A DNA stretch of 64,000 nucleotides, taken from the NCBI GenBank assembly GCA_965153355.1, contig OZ231126.1, positions 3,782,001 through 3,846,000 of the forward strand, read 5' to 3'. The notes under the pieces were generated by a model. It was not told the origin of the DNA. It made no database searches and saw only the letters and a program-made list of their open reading frames with translations. A program made the translations under genes and the position numbers. Below, piece by piece: positions 23,336 to 37,698 of the stretch; the stretch's first letter is position 1, and every line of letters begins with the position of its first letter. Source of the DNA: Flaccisagitta enflata (taxonomy: Eukaryota).

Positions 23336-25723
23336 TAATGGGGTCCAGAATGTCGATGGAATATCACAGGCGATTTGAGGATTGATATCTTAAGGTTTCT
23401 GACCCGTAGAATCTGTTTCTGAGGTCAAAAATGGCGAAATCTGGCGGGATCCCTTACCGCCCCTGGCCCTGATCGAGCATATGGGCCCCGGAATGAGCAT
23501 TTTTGTCATATTTTTAATCTTTGGAGCTAATTTATAGGCAAACTACACCATTTTTGGAGGTAAACCTACTAACATGAAGCTCTAGAATTCGATAGTGATA
23601 GCCTGAAGGAAATTTTACAACTATTTTTTTATGCAACCGGCCCTGAATGAGCATTATTGGCCCTAAATGAGCATATTTTGCTCAATTTTAGCCGATTTTC
23701 AATTTTCTGCCATCTAAACAAACAAACACACAAACTGTTTTCATCTTTCAAGTGAAAAACAAGTGATTTCGTTTGACCTGTTTTGCAGTGTCTGTCTGTC
23801 TGTCTGTCTCTGTCTATCTTAGTCTATCTTGGTAGTCTTAGCTTTTTTAAGTCGCGTGCTACGCGACTCTACACCCCGCTTTGTCAGTCCATTGGTCCAT
23901 CCATCCATTGGTCCATCCATCCATCATACTTTACTTCTTTTGTTTTTTTTTGCGGTTCTTGATCTCACTGTCCCGGCCCAAATGATGAAGTGACCTCAAA
24001 TACAGCCCCTGCCCACCCACACGCGACTGAGGTAGCTGTGTATCTGGTCTTGTTCCCACTCCATGCGAGTGTTTTCTGCCAGTCGTTATTTCTTTCAAGT
24101 TTAGGTCAGAGGACAATACAAGGCTAACAAGCATAGAATCAGAATTGTACATGGACATATTGATTGGTAAAAAAACAGACTGACAGTAAACACCATCAGT
24201 GACAGATAAACCGACATAAAGGGTGACAGAAAAAGAAAGTCAGAGAGCCAGATTGACTTTCAATTTTTTGCGCGGTTTACGCGCGCCTCTCTATTTTGTT
24301 TTGTGACAAACGGACATTTGAAGACCTGTAGATAAGATGGATACACATGCAGGCATACAGAATGAAACAGCAGAAACCACTTTTGTTGCGAACATGAACA
24401 CGCAACTGTGTCTGTAAGTGGCTTTGGTCGTCCATTGGTCCATGATCTGTCTATCCATGAAACAAGGCCAACACCTATAAGTCGCGTGCGAGACTTACAG
24501 ATTGACTTATAATGACTCAGTATACTCTTAAATGACTTTAAATGACTTAAAGAAATAAAATTGATAAAAAAAGTGAGTGTGACGGACCGACAGACCAACC
24601 AACCAACCAACCGACGGATGGACGAACGGACAAAGTGGGGTGTAGTCGCGTGCACGCGACTAAAAAAGTAAAAAGATAGGAAAACTAGTATTTTACACAC
24701 TGGTTGTGTAAAGCTCGGGTTTAAAACAAAACGGGATAAGATATGTTTGTCAGTGCTTTACATCTACGCAATTAAGAAAACATGGCAAATTCCATGACCA
24801 TTTGCACGGAAAGCTCTGTGAAAGATCTTCAAAATGGGACCTTGCTGGCTGTCCTAACTTTAATAATTTAGAAGTGACATTAGGATGAAGAAGGTGTGGT
24901 CTAGAATGTCAAAATTGATTGCAACGGGAATAAAAGATCTGACCACTTTTTTGTTTTTTAACAAGCCCGATCGGGCAACTAGATGCGTCATCTGCGTGAT
25001 ATTAGAAGAGGCGTAACGGACCGACGGACAGACGGACGGACGGACGGACCAACGGACGGACGGACGGATGGACAGACCCTCTTATAGAGATGCGATGACG
25101 CATCTAAAAAACTAGAAGGAATAGTTTTCACTTTTTTTTTCACGAGATTTCAGAATTTCTTTTCATTCTAGACCAATCCCAGGCCTGTAGTTCAAACGGT
25201 TTCAGAGTGAGAGCTTTTCTAAGCGAACTACTATTTTACTGAAATGTTCTTTTTTAATGAAATTACAAAACTGAACATGTTGTTCATTCATTTGTCATCT
25301 CTAAACAAAAAAAGCTAGAATATCCAGCATCGTTGCATTAGAAAGATATTTTGCAGAGCTTTCAAACGATAATGGATTTTCTATGTTTTAAGAACCAAGT
25401 TTGGGGAAAATTTTTTTAAAAAATCAAATGAGGGGGGAAGGAAATCAAAGACGGGGGGGGGGGAGAGAAAAACCAAAAGCCGCTCAACACCCCTGAAAAA
25501 AAAACGGTTAAGTTTGAAAGCTGAACCTATCGATGGATCGATGGAATGACGGACAGATGGATAGGTGGCAGGACAAAAGGGAAAAAGCAGATTGTAGAGT
25601 CGCGTGTACAAGACTAAAAACATCACTGTCATGATAGTCATAGAAACGGCTGGCATACATGCTTAAAGTTTTGTCATGTTGCTAATTGTTGCTACAATAA
25701 AATGTAGAGACAATAATGTTGCC
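23336..25723 (+). repeat. Inverted segmental duplication, copy A (~2.39 kb)
   Basis: Reverse complement of 37699-40084; track ORFs 25381-25656(-) = 37766-38041(+) and 23931-24158(-) = 39262-39489(+). Confidence 0.96.
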
Positions 25724-26560
25724 TTTAAGCATTTTTGCTTTGGCTAAGATATTACTTTTGATATTGGCATTTGGCAGTTTGATGACAAGTGGTCGATAAT
25801 TTTGATTGTTGTACATGCCAACTCTGAAGCATTGATATTCATCACTTGTGATAACAGTTCCAAGATCATGAAAAAGGTCATCAACAACTTCTTCATTAAG
25901 GGCTTCATTGCGTTCTCCTAGACCAAAGATAATCAAGTTGTTCTTTTTTCGTTCCCTTAGATGGAATTCATTTGGAGCAGATGAGAGGATTTGTGGTGAC
26001 ACGGCAGAATTTTTTCTTAATTCATCCATTCCTGTCTCTAATTTTGCGACAAGATCTTTCAAATTCTCAAAATCATCCTTTGATGATTGATCATGCTTTT
26101 GCTTTCCTTCGTGCCACATCCGTTCAACATTCATGATTCTTTTATCCTGATCTTCCAAGCAATTTCTAGATGCTGCCAGTTGAGCTTCCAGACTTTTTAT
26201 TTCTTGCTTCAACAAGTTTTGCCCCTCGTTCATTTCTACCTGCTCCTTTGCAATTTCTAAAAGGTGAGAGGCCCAATGCTTCTTCATTGCTTCAGCTGCT
26301 ATTCCCCCATTGTCAAGAACTGCCTTGGTAACAGCCTTGGACACCATGCTGTTAACTTCCTCACTGATACCTTCCATCAAGTCGTTCACCTTCCCACCAA
26401 CAGATGAAATTTCCTTGCGCATATCAGCAAGAACAGAATTTGTCACCTCCTGAATCTTTTTCACCTGAGACAATTCCTTTCTCAGATTCTCAATACTGTT
26501 CTCTTCAGCTGGGGTTGTTTCAACATCAATTTTTTGTTTTCCTTTCCCTTTTGGAGGCAT
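25682..26560 (-). mobile_element. LINE ORF1-like protein (coiled coil + RRM-like domain), 3'-truncated
   Basis: Long coiled coil followed by RERKKNNLIIFGLGE...FRVG...RPLVIKL...KSNILAKAKMLKG, typical of L1/CR1/L2-type ORF1; the last ~12 residues come from the duplicated segment; no ORF2 follows. Confidence 0.8.
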
Positions 26561-27157
26561 TTTCTTTATCTTGAATTCTTAAGGACTGGCACAAACGATT
26601 TTGTCCCAAAGTGCCAAATTAAAGTTCGTGTGAAAGAATGAAACCCGGCCAACGGTGGAATGGAATTTCAATTTAATTTGATTGTTTTAGTTAAGAAATG
26701 GCGAGAAAAAAAAAGATTCAGATTTGATTGAGGGAGAAAACAGTTTTAGGGCAAAAAAGACAATGAAGATGGGAGAGTTGAACGTGGAGATTGAGATATG
26801 TTGTAGAGCAGAATTTATTACGTATGCATGTGAAATTTTGAGAAAATCAGTTAAAGTTTTTTGCTGTTTTCTTAATTTTTTTACGGAGCGCAGAGAAAAA
26901 CGTGTTTCAGGATTCCAGTCGAGTTTCGGAAAAGATTTGCTACAGCAACAGCAGGAGCAGCGGCAGAGAATTTGAACCAAGCTGCGGTTTCTTGATTGTT
27001 GAAGAATTAATGATAATTGTACACATTTAAAACTCAAAAGCGCTTGATGTTTTACTTGGAACTGAGCATTGTCCTCTTACACACAGCAAGTTAAAACAGC
27101 CCCTCATTCACTTATCTGTTTCTTTCACTGGTGCTATGCGTTTTAGCTGAAAATTTC

Positions 27158-27244
27158 ATGCCTACTTTAGATGACCTTATGATGGTTTACTTGAACTCTC
27201 CAGCCATCAAAATCTTTGACCTGCAATCCTGTGGATGGTTGTGA
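27158..27244 (+). pseudogene. Possible hAT transposase C-terminal (dimerisation domain) relic
   Basis: MPTLDDLMMVYLNSPAIKIFD resembles the L..L..I..NGP....FD motif of ZNF862-like hAT transposases; very short. Confidence 0.3.
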
Positions 27245-28507
27245 ATGAAATCACGCATAATTTCAAGAGTTTTATGCAGGATGAATTGTTGCAGATGTCA
27301 CTTGAGACATCCATGACAAATTTTATCCAAACTTTTTCATGTTCAGAAGAGAAAATGTGTTGTTTTCCTTTATCACAGATGGTGTGGTATTTTTATAAAA
27401 CTTAAGACGGCGAATTTTCGAAGGAAAATTAAGTGTTTCACCATACTTTTTGCATCATTATCAGGACAATAATGAAGCTGGAATGCTTTTAATAGACATT
27501 TTGTCTTTAAAGATACATGGTGTATACATTTTTATCATATTCTGACCTAAAAAGTAATTTGAACTATGCAATTCACATGGAAACAAGCAGGAAAATGATG
27601 GTTTTTAGTAAATTTCTGTTAACATTTTTTTTCATTTTCTGTGGTCTAAATTCTAAGAAAGCCATACACAGGGAAATTTTGCATTTTGAAAAACATAGTT
27701 CTCTCTGTAATCGATTTGGGAAGAGAACTATGTTCTTTGTTTTTTAATATTTTCATTTTCTATGCAAATTTAGAATTTAGACCAGCCCCCTGTCAGTGAC
27801 CAAAAATAAAAAAAAAAGAAATTTTCAATAAATTTATTCTAGTAACATTGGCTAAACTTGATCCTTCTTGCTAAATAAATGCAAATTTTTCTTTTAGACA
27901 TTATGTCTGAGCTATTTGAATCATTTTTTTTCACTTGTTTTTCTATTTCTATTTATTCAAAATTTCCATTTTGACCCTCTTTGAAACACAAATATTGCCT
28001 TCGGGGGGACGCTGTCTTAAGGAGTTGTAGATAGTCCTTCAATAAAGCAGCACACCTTAATTCAATGCTGAGTTTCCTTGATTTAACACAGAGTTTCCTC
28101 TAATTCCATGTATATCTGTAAAATTTCCAAAGATTTTAGAGCAAAAAAAAATTCTTGCATTGGGAACGTAGAGGTCTTGGAAGGGATCCCTCAGTGATGC
28201 AGTTGACAAGCAGCTTTAAAACACTCTTATTCAAAAAATTTTTTTTCTTCTTATTCTATACAAAGCTGTGAAACCTACTTATGTCACAGTGCAAACGAAT
28301 ACAAAATTTGACAAGTCAAAACGATTTATACGATATTTTTTATTTTATATATTCAAAGATTTTTTATTGAGATAAAGGATTTGTGGTTGATAATCATCAA
28401 TTTTTTGCATAGGAAAACGTTTTTCTGTACCATATGCTTAGGAAATGTGAGAAAAAAGGATGCGAAATTGATGGATTTTTAATAAAAATTGATTCTTGTG
28501 CATTGAC

Positions 28508-28663
28508 ATGTCTCGCGTGAAAAACCGAATCTGTCTCTGAATTCAAAATTTTGCATTTTGAAAAACATGGCATCAGTCTAAACACTTTTGAGAAACAGGC
28601 CATGTGTTTAGAAATGCAAAATTTTGCATTCAGAGACAGATTCGGTTTTTCACGTGGCAACAT
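28508..28663. repeat. Imperfect palindrome (~155 bp), probably the centre of a foldback MITE
   Basis: CGTGAAAAACCGAATCTGTCTCTGAAT... pairs with ...ATTCAGAGACAGATTCGGTTTTTCACG. Confidence 0.85.
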
Positions 28664-29293
28664 TTCATATTTTCCGTGCAATTATTTTTAAAGAATTCTG
28701 TTGTTTCACTAAGTATGCTGCGACATTACCGATGCGAGTTCAATACCATTGGTCAGTTAACCGGTTTTTAATTAATTTAGGGAGTATTAAGCATGCATAA
28801 GACTTTAGTTTCTGTTACATTTCCGCTGCATAGCAGCGTATTCCATCACAGAACAGAACGATTTGTCAAATTTGACGCTGTTCTGCACCACGACTTATTT
28901 TAAAATAAAATCACTTCCACTGCACACAGTTTTACATGAATTGTGGATACATCTTTTGATGCTATTGACAAGCTGTTTCAGCATACCTTGACTGCTCAAG
29001 TGCTTATTGGCACCTTCAGATTTATAATGTACAAAAACTTTCATGTCTGAATACATTCGTCATGATAAATCTTTGAAAAACATGAATTTTCAACATTTTA
29101 CACAGCCTCTTGTGGAAGGGATCCTTTAGTGATGCAGTTGACGAGCAGCTCCAGCCCACCCTGATTCAAATCTTTGTTTTTCCTCAGATTACAATAATAG
29201 CTGTGAAACTTACAGTAGATCTTGTCTAGACTTGAGATAACAGGGGCAAGCATTGTGGAAAGACGAATGAAGGCAGGGGAGCGATATTTGGAT

Positions 29294-29693
29294 CATAGAC
29301 TAATCAAAGGATGCTTAATTCCCCATGATAGTTGGTTGCCATGGAAACACATTTCCATGTATTCTCGCTAAAGTATAAATATTTTGAGAGATTTTTTCAG
29401 GGAACATTGCTTAAAATCAAATTTGCTACAACTTTCCCACAGTATGTTCTGTAAGAATATCGCTCGTTTGGCCGTTGCTAGGGAGCGTATCCATGTGTGA
29501 CGACCCCTAGCAACCGCTAAACGAGCGACATTCTTACAGAACATACTGTGGGAAAGTTGTAGCAAATTTGATTTTAAAGCAGTTACCTTAAAAAATTTCT
29601 CAAAATATTGATATTTTAGCGAAAATACATAGAAATGCGTTTCTATGGCAACCAGCTATCATAGGCAATAAACCATCCCTTTATTAGTCAATG
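29294..29693. mobile_element. Palindromic MITE (~400 bp hairpin)
   Basis: CATAGACTAATCAAAGGATG... / ...CATCCCTTTATTAGTCAATG termini; arms pair almost to the centre (~29490); no TSD seen. Confidence 0.8.
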
Positions 29694-32368
29694 TTAGCGG
29701 GGGAAAGTGAACGCGACTGAGGCAAATTAAATTTTTGTCAAAAATCGCTCATTTTTAACATTATTCTCATATATAGAACACGAAATGAATGATTTATGTC
29801 ATACATATGAATAAAAAATCTCATTTCAATCATTACATATCAATATAGGTCATGGGGAGACCAGTTACCAACGTGAAACAGCGATATTTGAACTACATCT
29901 ATAACGTATGCTAAAATATTGAAATATTATTAATAACAAACAAACAGAAACGGTTCTTAATATGCCGTTTTGATTCATATGTTTTTATAGGATAAACTAT
30001 GTAAATTTTTAAATCGAACGCCGTTTGCCGCGTCCAAATCGGTTCAGCCGATCGGCGCCGCCAGCCCCGCGTAAGTTAAAAAAATTTAATCGAACAAAAA
30101 TCCTTTCGGTGGTGGCTGTTTTAGGCGGCGCACAATTACGATCGTATCAAAAGCGGTTCCGAAGACTTTTTTTTCTTTCTGAGCTTTTGTAATGGAAGGC
30201 TTGTAGTAAGTATATAGTGCAGCACATCATTCGAATCGTCTTTACACGGAGAACATGAAACTGGTGATGAATTTGTTTTTCTCTGAAACATGTAGCAACT
30301 GTTAGATAGAAACAGATTTGTAGAGGTCCATCTAACACGAAATAATTGGTCTATGTCATATTTATGACTAAATTTTCTCATTTTTAAGTGCGTCCTCGCA
30401 CTTCTATAAGAGGTCATGTCCGTCGGTTGGTTGGTCGGTCGGTTGGTCGGTCGTTTGAAATGCGAAAACGGCTGATTCTGACGTATTTCTTCATTACTAT
30501 CACCTTTCATGCCTCACCACATTCATATTCATTCATTCATTCATTCATTCATTCATCAAAAACGTTCATTCACAAAATCTTAAGCGAGGCACACTTATTG
30601 GCCTTCACTTGGCCTTTTTATGATTATCTATCAATGTAGATCATGGAGAGGTTAATTCCTATCGTGAAACAGCGATATTTCGACTGTAAGTATAAGCTAT
30701 ACTAAAGTCTTGAATGATATTCTAATACAAAAAAATGAAAACGGCTCGTGACATGACAGCGTTATGATTTATAACTTTTTATATTAAAGGATAAACAACG
30801 TAAAATTTGTGATCTAATGCTGTTGATCGCGTCCAAATCGGTCTAGCGGCTCGACGCGGCCAGCCTTGCATAAGTTAGAACAAGGCCAAGTAGGCCAATA
30901 AGGTGCGATGTGTGGATCGTCGAACGAATACGTTACTGACCGACCAACCGACTGACCGACCGACCAACCAACCAACCAACCAACCAGCCATTTATAGAGG
31001 TGCTTTGTCGCCCGTTTGTTCCCGTTCAAAGCGTATACAGTGTGGAAACATATTCATGAATTACAACTGCCCACGAGGGAGTGGCCAAAAGAAGTGAGCG
31101 AGTCCATGAATGGCGCGCTTGGGTGCTTCACATAATTGTTGCACATGCCACATAGCATAAGTTTGGAATATACCTTAACCCTAGTAATGTAATATGAAAA
31201 AGCAAAAAATCATGAAGATGATTGTTTTTTTTTTTCTTCAAAATTCCTTCATCTTCCGTTTTTGTTTTGGCAGTTTTGTCTTGGCCTATAAAAATACAAA
31301 AAATCAGCAAAATCCTGTGTAGTTTTTCTACTAAAATGACAATTATTTGTTTCCAAAAATCATGGAATCTGAGAGAATAGATTAAAATATCAGAATATAA
31401 ATTGTAAAAGAGCTTATTTAAAAATTAGATTCACAATTTTGATAAAATAAGAAATAAAAAATAGCTCTTTCATGAAGCAAAAACATCAGTTTTGAGTTCA
31501 CATACATGTATTGGTGGAAAATAGTCTAATTCAAAGATTATAAGCCTGTTGATTCATCCCACTGCATTATGCGAATTAGGTCCTCAAAAAGAAATTGCTA
31601 AAGAGTAGAAGATGAATGACTTTTGATTAAAGAAAAAATGATAAGTCCTTAAAATCAACCACTCTATATTAGGTAAAACAAGTGAAAAGAAATAACCAAC
31701 TTTCACTATGTGAAGCACCCAAATGGCGCGCGAGTGAAGCGAGCGTTGCAAAGCAAAGCAGTGCGGAGTGAGTGAGTGTAGTGAGACACGCAACACTATA
31801 AGAGGCTTTGTCCGTTCGTCCGTTGGTCCGTCCGTTGGTCCGTCCGTCCGTCTGTAGAGGTGATCGAGTCTACAGAGGTGATCGAGTCAAAGAGTGGGAA
31901 AATAAGCGTGTTGGATACATTTCAGGTACTTTTTGAGTATGGAGTGGGGTTTGGGGTGTGGATGGGGGTTGGATGCCCCTGCCCAACCGTCCGCAACGAT
32001 ATTGTGACCCCGCGTCACTTGTTGAAAAAGAATCGTTTGTCTGTCTGTCCGCGTGACTTTTTTTGAACATGCCGACGCACGCGACGAGGTCTAATGACCT
32101 TGGTACTATCCAGAAGCGCTGAGAGAAAGAGAGAGGGTGGGTTTCTAGTCTCAGACAACCGCGTTTTAACGGGCCACTCGGTCGCTTGGTACATTCGTTC
32201 GCTCGCACCGCTCACTCCACTCACTCCCTCCACAACACTGCGCTTCACTGAGCTCTGTTCATGGGCTCGCTTACTCACTTCGCTCACTCCCTCACTGGGA
32301 CAGTTGAAACTCATGTGTTCACGCTATAAACGCATTTAATGGGGACAATCGCGTTTATTCTTGTTGCT

Positions 32369-32782
<414 letters not shown>

Positions 32783-35700
32783 CCATACAAATACAAAGAA
32801 ATACAAGCTAGCTAAAATTAGCATACAAAAATGTAACATTTTTTTTATCTAGCCATTTTTGACCTGTGATAGACCAGTAAAGCAATCAAAATTTTGTCTG
32901 TGCACAATTTCATTTCTTTCAATGAAGTGATAAAAACAAAGGAAATAAAGAGAATCATTACCGAAACTTTTTGTTAGTCACGTGCTACACGACTCTACAC
33001 CCCGTTTTGTTGGTCCGTCAGTCCGTTGGTCCATCCTTTGGTAACACTTTACTTCTTGGGTTTTTGCGGTCTTTGGCCTCACTGCTCCTGCCCAAATGAT
33101 CAAGTGACTTCAAAAACAGCCCCTGCCAACCCGCATGCGACTGAGGTAGCCATGTATTCAACCTTGTTTTCATAAGTGCTAATTTTGGTTGTTATTTACC
33201 ACTCAAATATCATTTTTTTGCTCAAATAAACCTGACCAAGCTGCCAGGTGAGCTCAACACAGCCGTCAGAACCAGACAAGGTAGAAAGAGTAAGAAAAAA
33301 AAAATATGGAAGATGACACTATGAGGACAAAATTTTTTTTTTCATATTTTGACTTTTTTTCTCCTTTTTCCATCTTTAAGCGGCCATATCTTTTGAACGG
33401 CTGGACCGATTTAGTTGCGCAAAAAAGCATCAGATGCCCCTTAAAAAACTCTACATTTTGGTCACCAATTTTTCCTAATTCCATCAAAAAACGACTGATT
33501 CATGATTTTTTTAATGAAATAGTTTTACTGACAAAATATTTCATGTAGACTAGGAATAAGTTTGGGGCTGTTTGCGCCTCCCTACGATCAGTATTTGGGC
33601 TAAAATCGTGTTAAATAATTTTACCAAACGTATACATGTACTAAAAAACAAAAGATAGACATTTTTGACTACTTCAAAATTTTCACTTTCCCTGGCTATC
33701 AATGTTTCATTAATGGGGTTCAAAAAAGCTCCAGAAACCCAAGTTGATAAGTCAGTGGATTTGAGGATTGATATGGTAAGGTTTTAGACCCGTAGAATCC
33801 ATTTCTGGGGTCAAAAAAGGCGAAATCTGGCGGGATCCCTTACCGCCATTGGCCCTGATCGAGCATATGGGCCCCGGAATGAGCATTTTGGCCATTTTTT
33901 CGCGATTTCAACTGATTTTAGGGGTATTTTAGTTATTTTTGATTGAAATCCGACTAATCTAAGGCTGTAGAATTCAATAGAGATGGTCTGAGGGGTCTGT
34001 GATCATTACTTTGATGTAAAACTGGCCCTGAATGAGCATTAGGGCCCCGAACACAAAGATTTTCCAGATTTCATCATTCCGGCGAAATGTAAGCATAATA
34101 TCACACTCATAGAAATGCTTTTTTGGCAAAAATGAGGCCGCTTTGCTCATTTTCCTTTGAATTCCGTGTAGGTGGCAGGGGCCTTTATTCAAAGGGCTGT
34201 TTCAATTGTTGGGCAGGAGCAGTGATGCTAAAAATTGCTTCGAATACCTGAACAAGTTATATGTAAGAGGCAAAGCGGCCTAGACGGCTTAATCCCAGCC
34301 CCGATATCCAAATTTCAGATCTTATGGCAAAAATTGTATTTCAAAAGCCTTTTAAACAAGCCCGACTGGGCAACGATGCGTCCAGACTGTGTCTGCGTGT
34401 ATTGATCATGTGACGTATATGAAGTGACAGATGGACGAACAGACGGGTGAAACGACTGAGTAGAAAAGGAGGCTCTCAAATCATGTTGGTTGATCATTCG
34501 TTTCAGTATAGGATCTCACCGTGGCTAAAGACAGTCTAGAAACGCGGTTTTCGCACTTGCATAACGGACGGACATACGGACGGACGGACATACGGTCCGA
34601 CGGACCGACCAACGGACATACGGACGGACAGACCCTCTTATAGAGATGCGTTCCTGACGGACGCATCTAAAAACTCCAAAAATACTGGTTCTCCATGAAT
34701 CTCCATGAGCCCAAGCGTAGGTCATTTTTTTGGAGCAAGCCTGCGAGCTCTTTATATGGCTGTCGGGCTCTCACCTATTTTGTCTCTAAACCTTTCTGCA
34801 CATGTATGTTAGTCCGTCTCTGTGTGTTTGTCCATCTGTCCATCCATAACATTTTAAAAATATTGTATTCTCTTTTTGACCTTTTTTGTGGTATAGCCTA
34901 TACCAGGTGATCGCCCCTGCCCAACCGTCTGCAACTTTTGATCTGTTCTGTGCTTGTTTTTGGTCACGAACAAGCAATTTCAAGAGGCTTTGTCGGTCCG
35001 TTGGTCCATCACGCTCGAGTTGTCACGCTCAAGTTGAAAACGTGCATTCTCGCCCCTGTCCACCCGTCTGCGACCTGTTTTGGCCGTGTATTTGGCCTTG
35101 TTCAATAGTGTTTTATGTTGAAAGGATATACGGATATATGGCTACCCCAGTCGCGTGTTGGAGAATGTCACTAAGGAGCTAGTCACTGAATCACGAACAG
35201 TAAGGCTCCATTCCACTGAAGCACGACTTCGTGCTTCAGTGGAATTGACTCTTGACCTCTTTTCATGTTGCAATGAAACAAAAAGTCAATCCAGTTTTTC
35301 TTTGATTGGTTACAATTCATTTCAGTGCAATCAAAAACTTTTTTATTTCTCTTATTCAAGATAGGTTTTTCATTTTGTCATAAATTGTTGTCTTTGAAAA
35401 ATTTCTCTTAATTTTTTTCCTTTTTTTAAAGTTTTTTTTTCATGACAAAATCTTTTTTCTATCACATGAATGTATGTTTTTATGAATAAAATTGAGTTTT
35501 CCCACTTGAAGTTTTGATTGGGATAAAAACTTGATAGATGTAAAAAGATATTTTACTCTTGATAATAACATTCTTTTTTTTTAGTAAGTCTACTTAGATG
35601 AGGAGAAAGGATAAAAGGTAAAAAGGAAGGAGATGATTTCTTTTGATAAAAGTAAATGAAAAATATTTTGACTATCTTTGCTTCACTGAAAAAATCAGTT

Positions 35701-35926
35701 ATTACCAATTCCACTGAAGCTCAAATTGCAGAGAGCACTAGTCAGTCTTTATTCCACTGAAGCACGACGTCGTGATTCAGTGGAAATGATTTTAACTTAA
35801 GCACAATTTTCGTGATTGAATGGTTGCCTGTCACTAGGGCATTTAAGCAGGAGCGGTGAGCTCAAAAGCTCATAAACGCTAAAAAAGTAAAAGGGGACCA
35901 ACCAAACGACCGACAGACGGATGGAA

Positions 35927-36011
<85 letters not shown>

Positions 36012-36015
<4 letters not shown>

Positions 36016-36168
36016 AAGGCCGGATACACGGCCATCAGTTGCGGACGGGTGGGCAGGGGCGGAAATGCGCGTTTTCCCACTTTTCGACTTGATCATTACG
36101 GACCAATGGACCAACGGACGGACGGACGGACAGAGCCTCTTATAGAGTTGGGTGTCCGCAACTAAAAA
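36012..36168 (-). mobile_element. HINE family A copy between (AG)n and (CT)n tracts
   Basis: Close reverse-complement match to 18021-18182. Confidence 0.78.
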
Positions 36169-36197
36169 GAAGTGAGATTTTGGCTTTGACATGTAGA

Positions 36198-36256
<59 letters not shown>

Positions 36257-36914
36257 CCCTCTGCGTTGATTTTTGGTTGTAATCGAAAGGAGCATGTACG
36301 TTTGTACACCCCGTTATGTCAGTCTGTTAGCCAGTGGGTAACCTTACACCTCAGCGATTTTTGGCTCACTGCTCCTCCCATAATACCCTAGTGACCTTAT
36401 CTATCACTGCTCCTGCTCATTCGCACACAACTGGGGTAGCCGTGTATCTGGCCAGGGGTAACCGTCTCTTACAAACATATTTCCCAACATGAACAGTGGT
36501 TATACTTGGCATAGTAAGAACCAACAAAATGATCGATGAAAGAGAGAAAAAAAAACCTAGCGGGTATGTACATAAGTCTGTCCCTCTGCAACACTTTGTT
36601 TCTCAGGCTATTGCGGTATTTCTGAGCAGATTTTAGCAAAACAGCTTCTGCCCTTAGTGGTGGTGCCAGCGATCTGCAATTGAGTGGGCTAGGCCTTGAT
36701 CTACAACTTGGAATTTTTAAGGCTGAAAGCGGATCTCGCTTTGAAAAAAACTCGCCCCCAGAAGTGTTGACTGTTGTTACAGGCTCTATACGCCACCGAT
36801 CTAGGCGTTCTTGGTCTTGTTCGACGGAGATTTGATTTCTCTCGCCGTCGGCTTTAACTAAACATTATCATTTTCTTCTTAGGGGCCCCTAAGGGCCCCC
36901 AAAAAAGCCCTTAT

Positions 36915-37470
36915 TGAAATTTTTTTTATGAAAAAAAAAAAGTGGGGTGCAATCGATAGGAAATTGTTTGATTTGCCTAGATCCAAAATCTTGTATTTTC
37001 ACTTTTTTCAAAAAACTTAGAAAATTTTTTTGTCGCGCGTCAGGGACTTAAAAAAAAAATCACAAAATATTTTTTTGAAAAATGGTTTTTAAAAGTGGGG
37101 TGCAATCAATAGGAAATTGTTTGATTTGCCTAGATCCAAAATCCTGCATTTTTATTTTTTTTCAGAAAACAAAAAAAATTTTTGTCGCGCATCAGAGACT
37201 TAAAAAAAAATCACAAAATATTTTTTTGAAAAATGGTTTTCGAAAGTAGGGTGCTATCAATAGGAAATTGTTTGATTTGCCTAGATCTAAAATCTTGTAT
37301 TTTCTTTTTTTTTTTCAAAAAACTTTGAAATTTTTTTGTATCGCGCGTCAGGGACTTTGAAAAAAAAATCACAAAATATTTTTTTGAAAAATGGTTTTCA
37401 AAAGTGGGGTGCAGTTGATAGGAAATTGTTTTATTCGCCTAGATCCAAAACCTGTAAAATTATTTTTTTC
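36915..37470. repeat. Tandem repeat, ~155 bp unit, ~3.5 copies
   Basis: AAGTGGGGTGCAATC.ATAGGAAATTGTTTGATTTGCCTAGATCCAAAA recurs at ~36940, 37093, 37244, 37402. Confidence 0.92.
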
Positions 37471-37698
37471 AAAAAATTTAAGAATTTGATTGGGGGCGAG
37501 ATCAAAGAAAAAACGAAAAAAAAAAACCGTCGGTTTTCTCTTTTACTTTTTAAGTATGAAAAAGGCCGTAACTTCTAAACTATTGATGCGATTATCCTGA
37601 AATTTGAAATACTAGCTGATGTCATGCTTCTCGACGTACGTGCTAAAAATCTCGATTGTGAACCGTCGTAAAGTTGGACGCACTTCTTTGCCTAAGTG

